Assembly: GCA_900549375.1 (NCBI GenBank)
Contig: URNY01000001.1
Span: forward strand, 1 to 48,207
Reading direction: 5' to 3'
From: an uncultured Bacteroidales bacterium
GTDB lineage: Bacteria > Bacteroidota > Bacteroidia > Bacteroidales > Muribaculaceae
Length of the DNA stretch: 48,207 nucleotides
Shown: piece by piece, positions 19,056-29,341 of the stretch
How positions within the stretch are numbered: the first letter of the stretch is position 1
Layout: every line of letters begins with the position of its first letter
Notes under the pieces: model-generated
Told to the model about the DNA's origin: nothing
What the model saw: the letters and a program-made list of their open reading frames with translations, nothing else
Databases searched by the model: none
Made by a program: the position numbers and the translations under genes

Positions 19056-22000
19056 TTAGAAATCAATTTGGAAACCGAAAGAGAAGGAGGTTGGTATAGG
19101 ATATGCCCAGTTAGCGTTTTCCGGATCGGAACATGTCAGAGAATTGCTCTTTATAGTGAGAAGATTCTGTCCCGAAACATAGAAACGCGCCTTGCTCATA
19201 CGCAGTTTCGAAAGCACCTTGTCGGGAAGATTATATCCGATCTGGAGAGTGCGGAGTTTGGCGTAGGATCCGTTTTCTACGAAATATGAGGAAGTACGTC
19301 CTTCGTCGCCCTTGTTGTTGGTGGTGAGCATCGGAATAGTAGAGCCGCTGTTCACCTCCGGCAGCCATGCGTCGAGCACGCGGTTTCCCTTATTGCTTCC
19401 GGCATCGGTGACACTCCAGAAGTCATTCTGGAATTTCTGGTTGTTATATACATCCTGCCCGAGGACTCCCTGCCAGAACATCTGAAGGTCGAAGTTCTTA
19501 TATGCAAGTTCGAGATTCAGTCCGAACGAAAGGTCGGGAACCGGGTTGAAAATCCAGGTCTGGTCATCGGGCGTTATGCGGCCATCGCCATTGAGGTCGG
19601 CATACTTCATACCGCCGAGACGGGCATTGTCCTGCCCGGAATTCGAAACTTCCTGCTGAGTCTTGAAAAGGCCGTCGAAAACATAACCTACGATCGAACC
19701 ATAGGGACGACGCGACTGAACGAGATTCTCCTTTGTGGTGTGGGCGTAGGAGCCGGTAGTGGTGTTAGGGAGATAAGTGACGCGGTTGCGGAAAAAGTCG
19801 AAGTTCAGAGATGCCTTGTAAGAGAAGCCGCACGCCAGCTCATCGCGCCAGCCTATCAGGAATTCCATACCCCAGTTGCGGAGCGACGGGCCGTTTAGCC
19901 ATGACGCTCCGCCCTCACCCATAGCGCCGAGATAAGCCGGAGTGATGAGCATATCCTTCACATCCTTTATATAGGCGTCGACTGTTCCGAAAAGGCGGTC
20001 GTTCAGCATGCTATAGTCGATTCCGGCATTATATTGGATGGTCGTTTCCCATTTCAGGTTGTCGTTTGCCGTCTGGCTTACTATATATCCCGAAGGGAAG
20101 ATTCCGCTCTGCTGAAGCAAAAGGTCGTAGGCCGAAGATGTTACGCGGTCGTTGCCGTAATCGGCCACATAAAGTGCATAGCGGGCAGTGTTGGAGATTG
20201 CCTGATTACCGGTCTTACCCCATGAAAGACGCAATTTAAGGTCGTTGAGCCATGGTTTCTTTATATTTTCCGAAATGCGGTAGCCGAGTGTGGCGGCGGG
20301 GAATGTTCCGTAACGGTTGTTGCGGCCGAATCTGGAGGAACCGTCGCGACGGATCGTAAACGACGCGAGCAACAGGTTTCGCCAGTTGTAATCAACCTTG
20401 CCGAAGAAAGAAACCAGAGAGTATGCCGACTTGTTGCCGGTGGATTTCTCGACTCCCACCGATGCGCCGGGATACATATAATCCGGTGTCTCTATGTCGT
20501 AATCCTCATTATATCCTGAAAAGTCGATTCTGCTCTGGTGGAACATCTCCATACCTGCAAGGATAGTGAATGTATGGTCGTTTGCAAGCGTGAAGTTATA
20601 ATTTGCGGTATTGCTCCAGGTCCATTTCGAATCATTGGCCTGCGACAAGGTAGTCGAATTGGTGTCGTTGTTCACTATGTCGCTATGGAACGTATAGTTG
20701 TAGGAATGGATAAAAGCTGCGTCATAGTCAAGGCCGAAGTTGCTGCGCAGCAAAAGGCCTTTCACCGGTTTTATCTCGAGGAACGCGTTTCCGAAAAGAC
20801 GCCATACGTTGAGGGCATTGTCTTTATTGAACGCAAGTTCGCGGAGCGGGTTCTGACGGTCGGCCATACTGCCCACCGGCCCGGCGTAGGTCTTGCCGTC
20901 GGTTTCAAACACCGGAACGATTGTCGGCATCTTGAGCGCATTTTCCATCGGCTGGCAGTCCACCTGTTTTGTGTGGGTAAGTGTGAAATTCTCACCTACC
21001 GTAACTATCGGACATATATTGAACGAAGAATTGATGCGGGCCGAGATGTTTTCGAAATTCGTATATTTGAGGATTCACTCGTTTCTCTTATATCCCAAAG
21101 AGAAGAATACGTTGGCTTTTTCAGCGGCATACGAAACCGATGCGTCATAACTTTGGGCGAAACCGGTTCGCGAAATCTCTTTGAGCCAATCGGTATCCGA
21201 CATCCTCATGGTCTGCTTGGAGTTAATGAAGCCGTCGTAAAATCCATTGACTTTATAATCTACATATCGATTGTTGGCAATATCATATACTTTGATCGGA
21301 TATCCGGATGTGGCGTTGAGATTCAGACCGTAGCTTGAGGCGTAGGCCACGGGATCTATGCCGTCGTTGAGGGCGGCCTGAGCCATTGCCGTGGCATATC
21401 CGGGGGTGTCGAGAAGTTTCATTGTGGCCTGCGATGAATAGAACTGGGCAGTAAGATTGGCCGACAGGCTCACATTTATCTTGTTTCCCTGCGAGGCTTT
21501 TCCTCTTTTGGTCGTGATTATGATAACGCCGTTGGCAGCTCGGGAGCCATAGATTGAAGCGGAAGCTGCGTCTTTCAGCACCTGCATGCTCTCGATATCA
21601 TTGGCATTCAAAGAATTCAGGGTTGCCGTGGTGGGTACTCCGTCAATCACAAACAGTGGATCCTGCGAGGCGTTGAAGGATCCGATGCCGCGGATACGGA
21701 CCGATCCGACGCCACTCGGCGAGCCATTGCCGGTGATCGTCATGCCGGGCACTTTTCCCTGAAGCGCACGCATCGGATCGGTATCAGACGTCGTTTCCAG
21801 AGATTTGGTCGATACTACCGAGACGGCACCTGTAAGGTCGGCTTTGCGGACAGTCTGATATCCAACCACCACTACTTCGTCGAGAAGCTCCGAATTCTCG
21901 TCGAGATAGATTTTCATTTCAGGGACGGCTTTGATTTCCGCCGGTTTATATCCTATATATGAAACTTTTAAGACGGCACCTTCGGGAACCGAGATTTTAA

Positions 22001-22178
22001 AATTGCCGTCGATATCGGTTGCCGCGCCTGCTTTTGTGGCAGAACAAAGGACGGAAGCTCCGATCAGAGGTTCTCCGTCGGTTTTTGAAAGCACCGTCCC
22101 ATGCACAGTTATGTTCTGTGCCTGCACAGTGATTGACATGAGCAATGTCAACAATGCACTGAGAATCGTTTTTTTCAT
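19056..22178 (-). pseudogene. susC: SusC/RagA TonB-dependent transporter with internal TGA at 21075-21077
   Basis: The two ORF-track pieces share one frame: ...SLGYKRNE*ILKYTNFENISARINS...QVDCQPMEN. The LKDAASASIYGSRAANGVIIITTK signature is present; likely start MKKTILS at 22178. Confidence 0.9.
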
Positions 22179-22204
22179 GTGGTTGAGTTTTTTGTTAACT
22201 GGCA

Positions 22205-22310
22205 CAAATTTAAACAGGCACCTATGTTTCAGCATATAAAGGATGTTGCGTAAACTATAAAATTTTACACAACGCACGTTTTTTGATAGGATATGCACTG
22301 TTTTTTTATA
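22205..22310 (-). promoter_or_regulatory. susC promoter with tandem putative HTCS-binding boxes
   Basis: TAAATTTG (minus, 22205-22212) preceded by two 15-nt boxes 21 nt apart (GTGTAAAATTTTATA, GCAACATCCTTTATA). A further oppositely oriented pair lies at 22274-22310. Confidence 0.6.
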
Positions 22311-22349
22311 TAGCCCCGATTTTTTTCAAAGGGCAGAGTCTAAGTAGGC

Positions 22350-25085
22350 TCACTTTGCCAGTTTGTTCCTTACCTGCGAAGGTGTCTCGCCATAGGCGTC
22401 ACGATAGCATTTGGTAAAATAGGCCGGTGTGGAGAATCCTGTTTCATAAGCTATTTCGCCTATCGTTTTTTCTGTTGAGATCAGAAGCTCCCGTCCGCGC
22501 TGGAGACGCAAGCGACGGATTAGTTCCACGGGAGCATAATTTGTAAGGGCTTTGATCTTACGATAGAACTGCGAGCGTTCCAGTCCCATTTTTGAAGCAA
22601 TCATGTCTACGTTCAGCTCAGGATTCCCCATCCCTTCATTTAATATCTTTAGAAAACGGTTGTAGAACTCATTATCTATGTCATCGGTGGGCAGCGAATT
22701 CGTCACTGTTGTTTTCTCCGGAGAGTCTTTAGACACCGCCGACGGGCGTGAGAGCCAAAGGTCTTTGATGCGTTTGCGGTTAGCTATCAGACTCGAACAT
22801 CTTGATTTAAGCACATTGATATTAAACGGTTTTGACAGATAGCCATCGGCTCCGCAGTCGTAACCCTGAATGCGCTGTTCATCCATGGAGCAGGCCGTGA
22901 GCATAAGCACCGGAATATGAGAGGTCGACACCTCATTTTTGATATATCTGCAACACTCCAGACCATCCATCACCGGCATCATCACATCGCATATTATCAG
23001 ATCCGGAACGTATCTGGAGGCCATCTTCACTCCCTCTTTGCCATTGGAGGCCGTAATTATATTATAATCGCTGCCTAATAACTCGCCGACAAGCTTCTGT
23101 ATATCTTTATTGTCATCGATCAGAAGTACAATCGGTTTGGTTCCATCCAGAGTGCGTGTGCTTTCGATGGCATCGAGTTCCGCCTCTGCATCGGCGTGAC
23201 CTATCATTTTCTCGGATACCGTGGCGTTTTCGGCAATGTGTCTTACAGGAAGGGTGACGGTGAAAACAGACCCCTTGTTCAGAGCACTCTCCACACTGAT
23301 GCTCCCTCCATGAAGCTCGATGAAAGCTTTGGCGAGCGACAAACCGATTCCCGAACCTTTCGGATGAATACGGTCCACCTGATAGAAGCGGTCGAAAATA
23401 TTACCGAGATCCCTTTCGCTTATACCTTCGCCTGTGTCGGAAACCTTAAATGTCAGATTCTTGCCGTCGCATTCATAAGAAACCTTGATAGAACCGTTGT
23501 TCGGCGTATATTTGAAAGCATTGGAGAGCAGATTGAAAAATACGCGCTCGATTTTCTCCACATCGATCGCCACCGGAATATGCGCTTCTGCCTTCGGAGC
23601 CTCCAACGTAAGCTTAATATCCCGTTTGCGGGCCACTGAATAGAAGGATTCCATCCAGTCGTGAATTGTCTGGTTGAAATCAATCTCGGAGAGATGGAGA
23701 TTCAGTTTGCCGTTCTCATATTTCCGGAAATCAAGTATCTGGTTTATGAGTCGCTGAAGGATCTTTACATTTTTATTGGCTATCTTTATGAGTGTATGCT
23801 GCTGGGGCGTAAGATTTTCCGCCACCGCAAGCTGAGCCACCGGCTCGGCTATGAGAGTGAGGGGTGTCCGCAGGTCGTGCGATACGTTCGTGAAGAATAT
23901 CAGTTTGGACTGTGTAGCGGCCTGCAGCTGCTCGTTGAGTTGTGTCTGCTTGTCTTTCTCCTCCTCAAGTAATCTGTTCTGGGCCAGAAGTTCTTTCTGA
24001 TGTCTGCTTCGTTGCCAGTATGCGCGTAGCAAGAGGAATCCGACGCCGAACAAAAGTATGATTATGGCGATGCTGGCATAAAACAAAGAGGTCTGCGATG
24101 AATGCTGCGCCCAATAATCATCGATCTGCGTTTTCAGCAGCTTCATTTTCCCGGTTTCCTCTTTCAGCGTCTCATTCTGCAAGAGAAGGATATCGGCATT
24201 GGAAAGGTCGACGGCCGAAGATGCGGGCAGGATTGTCTCTTTCCTGTATGGCTCATGCTTAAGTATGGCCAGGGCTGTCTGTATAAGCCGATGGCCCTCC
24301 GTCGGATAAAGAAAAGTGGCATCGATAATACTGTCGGCAACTGCCTTGATTCCGATATTCGGAGCGGCATCGATGCCAATGATGCGGATATTGTCGCGGC
24401 CATGACGGCGTGCCACCTCCGAGGCACCGATGGCCATCCGGTCATTATGGGCATAGATAAGGTCGACATCAGGATATCTCTTCAAAAGGGAATCCACCAC
24501 CGGCATGGCGTCCTCCTTGTTCCAGTTGCCGGGTACGCTTGCCAGCACCTCTCCCCCATTCGCTTCATATTCCCTGACGAATCCGGTGTGCCGGTCTTCG
24601 GCCGGGGTCGAACCCTTCAATCCGAAAATCTCTATTGCCTTGGTTCCGGGCCCCGACAGATGCAGGGCATAATGCGCGGCGGCGCGGCCGATACCGGCAT
24701 CGTCGACTCCGATCCTTGCGGTATATGAATCGCCATTGATATTCCGGTCAAAAATCACTACGGGAATACCTCTCTCATACACCTCTTTTATTATGGGGGT
24801 AAGTGCCGCCGCTTCGTTTGGAGAAACGATGATGATATCGAAACGGTTGTCAACAAAATATTTTATATCCTCAATCTGTCGGGCATTGCTGTCATCGGCT
24901 GAACGGATTTCGACAACGGCATCTTCATGAAACATGATCTCGCGGTTTATCTCATCGTTCATCTTCATGCGCCAGTCATCCTGACTGCATTGAGAAACGC
25001 CGATTTTATAAACTTTACTGTCGTTACAACCGAGAAGTGTGAACAGGATTCCTATGATGAAAGCGTAGGGAAAAAGCCTTTTCAT
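22350..25085 (-). CDS. Hybrid two-component system with periplasmic sugar-binding (RbsB-like) sensor, BT1754-like fructose sensor
   Basis: IGVSQCSQDDWR periplasmic binding domain, FFTNVSHDLRTPLTLI His kinase, GSGIGL HATPase, receiver CDVMMPVMDG and a C-terminal AraC HTH. Confidence 0.93.
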   Translation of the reverse strand: MKRLFPYAFIIGILFTLLGCNDSKVYKIGVSQCSQDDWRMKMNDEINREIMFHEDAVVEIRSADDSNARQIEDIKYFVDNRFDIIIVSPNEAAALTPIIKEVYERGIPVVIFDRNINGDSYTARIGVDDAGIGRAAAHYALHLSGPGTKAIEIFGLKGSTPAEDRHTGFVREYEANGGEVLASVPGNWNKEDAMPVVDSLLKRYPDVDLIYAHNDRMAIGASEVARRHGRDNIRIIGIDAAPNIGIKAVADSIIDATFLYPTEGHRLIQTALAILKHEPYRKETILPASSAVDLSNADILLLQNETLKEETGKMKLLKTQIDDYWAQHSSQTSLFYASIAIIILLFGVGFLLLRAYWQRSRHQKELLAQNRLLEEEKDKQTQLNEQLQAATQSKLIFFTNVSHDLRTPLTLIAEPVAQLAVAENLTPQQHTLIKIANKNVKILQRLINQILDFRKYENGKLNLHLSEIDFNQTIHDWMESFYSVARKRDIKLTLEAPKAEAHIPVAIDVEKIERVFFNLLSNAFKYTPNNGSIKVSYECDGKNLTFKVSDTGEGISERDLGNIFDRFYQVDRIHPKGSGIGLSLAKAFIELHGGSISVESALNKGSVFTVTLPVRHIAENATVSEKMIGHADAEAELDAIESTRTLDGTKPIVLLIDDNKDIQKLVGELLGSDYNIITASNGKEGVKMASRYVPDLIICDVMMPVMDGLECCRYIKNEVSTSHIPVLMLTACSMDEQRIQGYDCGADGYLSKPFNINVLKSRCSSLIANRKRIKDLWLSRPSAVSKDSPEKTTVTNSLPTDDIDNEFYNRFLKILNEGMGNPELNVDMIASKMGLERSQFYRKIKALTNYAPVELIRRLRLQRGRELLISTEKTIGEIAYETGFSTPAYFTKCYRDAYGETPSQVRNKLAK

Positions 25086-25179
25086 GTATATTGTATTTGA
25101 GCGTGTAATTTTAAGGTCATTGCAAAGATAATTATAATCCTATGAAAAAGAGTGTATAAGATATGAAAAATCAAGCAAC

Positions 25180-25244
25180 ACAACAAATTTGATATACTCC
25201 GCACGATTTTTTATATATAATCTTTGCAGTTTGTAGTAGTTTTG
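25180..25244 (+). promoter_or_regulatory. GH32 operon promoter with tandem putative HTCS-binding boxes
   Basis: ACAACAAATTTGATA (25180) and GCACGATTTTTTATA (25201), 21-nt period, ending 21 nt upstream of TAGTTTTG (25237-25244). Confidence 0.65.
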
Positions 25245-25298
25245 CAATACCGGAATTAAGACATCCGGCAGTCAACTTCAAAATTAAATCAAAAACCA

Positions 25299-27134
25299 AT
25301 GAATAGAATAGGATTCGGAATTACAAGCGCCATAATTTTCGGCACGCTGCTCTCACCCCGGGCATTGGGTGCCGAGGGCGTGGAAGTGAACCATCTGGGG
25401 GTGAACAATACTCTGGTCCGTATCACGGGCGAGGACAGATATCTTCTGCTCCCCGCGCAGGAATCCAACGATGACGCCCGCATCGAGGTGCTCGTCGACG
25501 GAAAGCCGGACCGCACAATTTTCGTGAGGCTTGCAAAGAGCAAAATAGATTATTGCGTGCCTTTTGATCTTACCCGTTATAAAGGTCATGACGTTCTGCT
25601 GAACGTGATCACCACTCAGGACCGGTCAACTATCCGCGAGGCAAAAGATGATGTCTGCTGGAAAAATCTGGCATTGGCCGATACGTTTGATACCGTCAAC
25701 AGGGAAAAATATCGCCCGGTTTTTCACCATACTCCCCTTTACGGCTGGATGAACGATCCCAACGGAATGTTCTATAAAGATGGCGAATGGCATCTTTATT
25801 ATCAATGGAATCCTTACGGTTCGAAATGGCAGAACATGACATGGGGCCACTCATCTTCAAAAGACCTTGTCAACTGGGAGCATCATCCGGCGGCTATCGA
25901 AGCCAACGGTCTCGGCGCCGTTTTCAGTGGCAGTTCGGTGGTCGATTCCGAGAACAGCGCCGGATTCGGCAAGGACGCAGTTGTGTCTCTCTACACTTCG
26001 GCCGGCGTCAGCCAGATTCAGAGCCTTGCCCACAGCAAAGACAACGGCCGGACTTTCGAAATATATCCCGGCAACCCGGTGATTACTCTGGAAAGCGAGG
26101 CCCGCGACCCTAACATGTTCTGGGACGCCTCCAACAAGCGCTGGGTGCTCGCTCTCGCCCATGCCCTCGAACATGAGATGCTTTTCTTCACTTCGCCAGA
26201 TCTTAAAAACTGGACCCTTCAGAGCACTTTCGGGAAAGGGATCGGTGCGCAGGACGGCGTCTGGGAATGTCCCGATCTGTTCAAACTGAAGGTGGACGGC
26301 ACCGATGAAGAGAAATGGGTACTGGTCTGCAACATCAATCCCGGAGGACCTTTCGGAGGGAGTGCCACCCAATATTTCATCGGCGATTTCGACGGCACGA
26401 CTTTCAAAGCCGACACCGACGCCGCCGGAAATATTCCCACTAAATGGATGGATTATGGCAAGGACCATTACGCCACAGTGAGCTGGAGCGGTGCTCCCGA
26501 CAACAGGCGCACTCTTATAGGCTGGATGAGCAACTGGCAGTATGCGGCCGAGGTGCCCACAATGCAGTTCCGCAGCGCCAATACGCTCCCGCGCGAGGCC
26601 GGCATTTTCAAGGGGCCCGACGGTCAGCTTTATCTCTCTTCCGCTCCTTCGCCCGAACTCGACAGTTTGCGCGACAAACTTGTCGAGAAGGTCAATAATA
26701 AATCAGTGGGTAAAAGCGCACGGCGTTTCGCGCTTCCGACTTCAAACAGCGGTGTTTGCGAGATTCTCCTTGACCTCGATTGCCGAAAAGCAGATTCGGC
26801 AAGTATAAAAATTGCCAACACAGCGGGAGAGAACGTCGTCCTGAAATATGACGCCGCAAAACATACCCTCTCCTTCGACCGGCGTGAGAGCGGCATCGTG
26901 GATTTCAGTCAGGATTTCCCCGCCATGACGGTTGCCCCGACTTTCGAAAACAATAAGAAAGTTTCTCTCAGAATATTCATCGACAAATCGAGTATGGAGG
27001 TCTTTGGAAACGATGGCAAGTTTGTGATGACAAACCTCGTGTTCCCCAACAGTCCTTACTCATCAATCTCGATATCTTCCGGAGGAGGCAACGCTAAAAT
27101 TGAAAATCTCAAAATATATTCCATTAAATTATAA
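25299..27134 (+). CDS. GH32 beta-fructosidase/levanase with N-terminal DUF4980-like domain
   Basis: Catalytic motifs WMNDPNG, FSGS, RDP and WECPD. Confidence 0.95.
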   Translation: MNRIGFGITSAIIFGTLLSPRALGAEGVEVNHLGVNNTLVRITGEDRYLLLPAQESNDDARIEVLVDGKPDRTIFVRLAKSKIDYCVPFDLTRYKGHDVLLNVITTQDRSTIREAKDDVCWKNLALADTFDTVNREKYRPVFHHTPLYGWMNDPNGMFYKDGEWHLYYQWNPYGSKWQNMTWGHSSSKDLVNWEHHPAAIEANGLGAVFSGSSVVDSENSAGFGKDAVVSLYTSAGVSQIQSLAHSKDNGRTFEIYPGNPVITLESEARDPNMFWDASNKRWVLALAHALEHEMLFFTSPDLKNWTLQSTFGKGIGAQDGVWECPDLFKLKVDGTDEEKWVLVCNINPGGPFGGSATQYFIGDFDGTTFKADTDAAGNIPTKWMDYGKDHYATVSWSGAPDNRRTLIGWMSNWQYAAEVPTMQFRSANTLPREAGIFKGPDGQLYLSSAPSPELDSLRDKLVEKVNNKSVGKSARRFALPTSNSGVCEILLDLDCRKADSASIKIANTAGENVVLKYDAAKHTLSFDRRESGIVDFSQDFPAMTVAPTFENNKKVSLRIFIDKSSMEVFGNDGKFVMTNLVFPNSPYSSISISSGGGNAKIENLKIYSIKL

Positions 27135-27173
27135 GTAAGTATTCAAATTTAATTTATACTTAATCAGGCAGCC

Positions 27174-28352
27174 ATGACACAATCTCTTGTAACCAATCGC
27201 AAATCATTCCTGCTCCAGATAATTCCTGTGATGCTCTGCTTCTTCGTCATGGGATTTGTGGACCTTGTCGGAACGGCTTCAAACTATGTTCAGAAAGACC
27301 TGGGACTTACCGATTCGCAGGCAAATCTCTTCCCCTCGCTCGTTTTCTTCTGGTTTCTGATATTCTCGGTTCCGACAGGAATGCTGATGAATAAAATAGG
27401 AAGAAAGAAGACGGTGCTTATAAGTCTTGTCGTGACTGCCGTTTCGCTATTCATCCCCGCATTCGGCGACAGCTATGCCGTAATGCTTATCTCCTTCTCG
27501 CTCCTCGGAATCGGCAACGCCATCATGCAGACATCGCTCAACCCGTTGGTAACAAATCTTATCAGCGGTGACAAATTGGCGTCGACACTCACTTTCGGCC
27601 AGTTCGTAAAGGCAATAGCATCTTTTCTCGCGCCTATAATCGCGGCATGGGGAGCGACAACGGCTTTCCCTACTTTCGGCCTCGGCTGGAGAGCTTTGTT
27701 CGTGATATATGCCGTTGTGAGCTTCCTCTCCATCTCCCTTTTGGCGGCTACACCTATCGACGAGGAGAAACCGGATAAGGCCACAGGCTTTGCAGAATGT
27801 CTCAGGCTTCTCGGACGCCCCTTCATTTTCCTCTGTTTTCTGTGCATCATGTGCCATGTCGGCATAGATGTAGGCACCAACACCACCTCTCCCAAAATCA
27901 TCATGGAGCGACTCGGACTGCCTCTTGAAGAAGCCGGTTTCGCCACCGGTGTCTACTTCATATTCCGCACGATCGGTTGCTTCCTCGGGGCTTTCCTACT
28001 GCGCGCCATGTCGCCCAAATTATTCTTTGCGATAAGCGTATCCATGATGCTCGCGGGAATGATTATCCTTCTTTTCTGCAACACTCTGATTCCATTATAT
28101 GGCGGCATCGGACTCATTGGTTTCGGCAACTCCAACATCTTCTCCGTCGTATTCTCGCAGGCACTCCTCTATACGCCCAATGAGCGGAACGAAGTGTCCG
28201 GACTTATGATAATGGGATTATTCGGAGGAACCGTGTTCCCGTTGGCTATGGGATATGCGGCCGATGCCGTCGGACAGGCCGGAGCCGTTGCTGTGATGAC
28301 GATAGGCGTTCTCTATCTGATGTATTATACCATGAAAATAAGAAAATTATAA
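27174..28352 (+). CDS. MFS sugar (fructose) permease, FucP-like
   Basis: About 12 TM helices; MNKIGRKKTV and QTSLNPL motifs; lies between GH32 and fructokinase. Confidence 0.88.
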   Translation: MTQSLVTNRKSFLLQIIPVMLCFFVMGFVDLVGTASNYVQKDLGLTDSQANLFPSLVFFWFLIFSVPTGMLMNKIGRKKTVLISLVVTAVSLFIPAFGDSYAVMLISFSLLGIGNAIMQTSLNPLVTNLISGDKLASTLTFGQFVKAIASFLAPIIAAWGATTAFPTFGLGWRALFVIYAVVSFLSISLLAATPIDEEKPDKATGFAECLRLLGRPFIFLCFLCIMCHVGIDVGTNTTSPKIIMERLGLPLEEAGFATGVYFIFRTIGCFLGAFLLRAMSPKLFFAISVSMMLAGMIILLFCNTLIPLYGGIGLIGFGNSNIFSVVFSQALLYTPNERNEVSGLMIMGLFGGTVFPLAMGYAADAVGQAGAVAVMTIGVLYLMYYTMKIRKL

Positions 28353-28364
28353 ATACCTGACAAA

Positions 28365-29243
28365 ATGAATGACATAGTTGTTGGAATGGGCGAGGCCTTA
28401 TGGGACGTCCTTCCGGAAGGAAAGAAAATCGGCGGAGCTCCCGCTAACTTCGCCTATCATGTATCGCAGTTCGGATTGCCGAGTTGTGTAGTAAGCGCTG
28501 TGGGCAACGATCCGCTCGGTAATGAAATCATAGAGAATTTCACTTCTAAGGGGCTCAACCAGCTTATAGCGGAGGTTCCCTATCCCACAGGCACGGTGCA
28601 GGTGGAAATCGATCCGGCCGGCGTTCCCCAGTATGAGATCAAGGAAAACGTGGCGTGGGACAACATCCCTTATACCGCGCAGCTCGAATCGCTTGCCCGA
28701 AAAACAAAAGCTGTCTGCTTCGGATCTCTTGCGCAACGTAATGTCGTGTCGCGCGAAACCATCAACCGCTTCCTGGACGCAATGCCTCAGACAGAAGACT
28801 CTCTTGTCGTGTTCGATGTGAACCTGCGACAGGGATTCTACAACAAAGAGATACTCTGCAACTCGATGAAGCGCTGCAACATCCTGAAGATTAACGATGA
28901 GGAACTCGTCACGGTCAGCCGCATGTTCGGCTACCCCGGCATCGACCTTCAGGACAAATGCTGGATTCTTTTAGGCAAATATAATCTCAAGATGCTCATT
29001 CTCACCTGCGGCATCAACGGCAGCTACGTCTTTACACCCGGCAACGTGTCTTTCCAGCCCACACCCAAAGTTGAAGTGGCCGACACGGTCGGAGCGGGCG
29101 ACAGTTTCACCGCCGCATTCATCTCCTCGATACTCAAAGGGAAGAGCGTGGCCGAAGCTCACTCCCTTGCCGTCCGCACCTCCGCCTACGTCTGCACCAA
29201 GAAAGGAGCCATGCCAATCCTTCCCGCAGAGCTGACAGACTGA
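28365..29243 (+). CDS. PfkB-family fructokinase
   Basis: GGAPANFA and DTVGAGDSFTA motifs. Confidence 0.93.
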   Translation: MNDIVVGMGEALWDVLPEGKKIGGAPANFAYHVSQFGLPSCVVSAVGNDPLGNEIIENFTSKGLNQLIAEVPYPTGTVQVEIDPAGVPQYEIKENVAWDNIPYTAQLESLARKTKAVCFGSLAQRNVVSRETINRFLDAMPQTEDSLVVFDVNLRQGFYNKEILCNSMKRCNILKINDEELVTVSRMFGYPGIDLQDKCWILLGKYNLKMLILTCGINGSYVFTPGNVSFQPTPKVEVADTVGAGDSFTAAFISSILKGKSVAEAHSLAVRTSAYVCTKKGAMPILPAELTD

Positions 29244-29278
29244 CGCTTCTAAAAACATGTTGCAATAGATTTTCCCTT

Positions 29279-29315
29279 GAATGTAGGGACGCACGGCTCG
29301 TGCGTCCCTACATTC
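29279..29315. repeat. Perfect 17-bp palindrome, GTAG-type REP-like element or bidirectional terminator
   Basis: GAATGTAGGGACGCACG-GCT-CGTGCGTCCCTACATTC between convergent genes. Confidence 0.7.
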
Positions 29316-29341
29316 CGATGTTTTGCAACACACTTGCAGCT

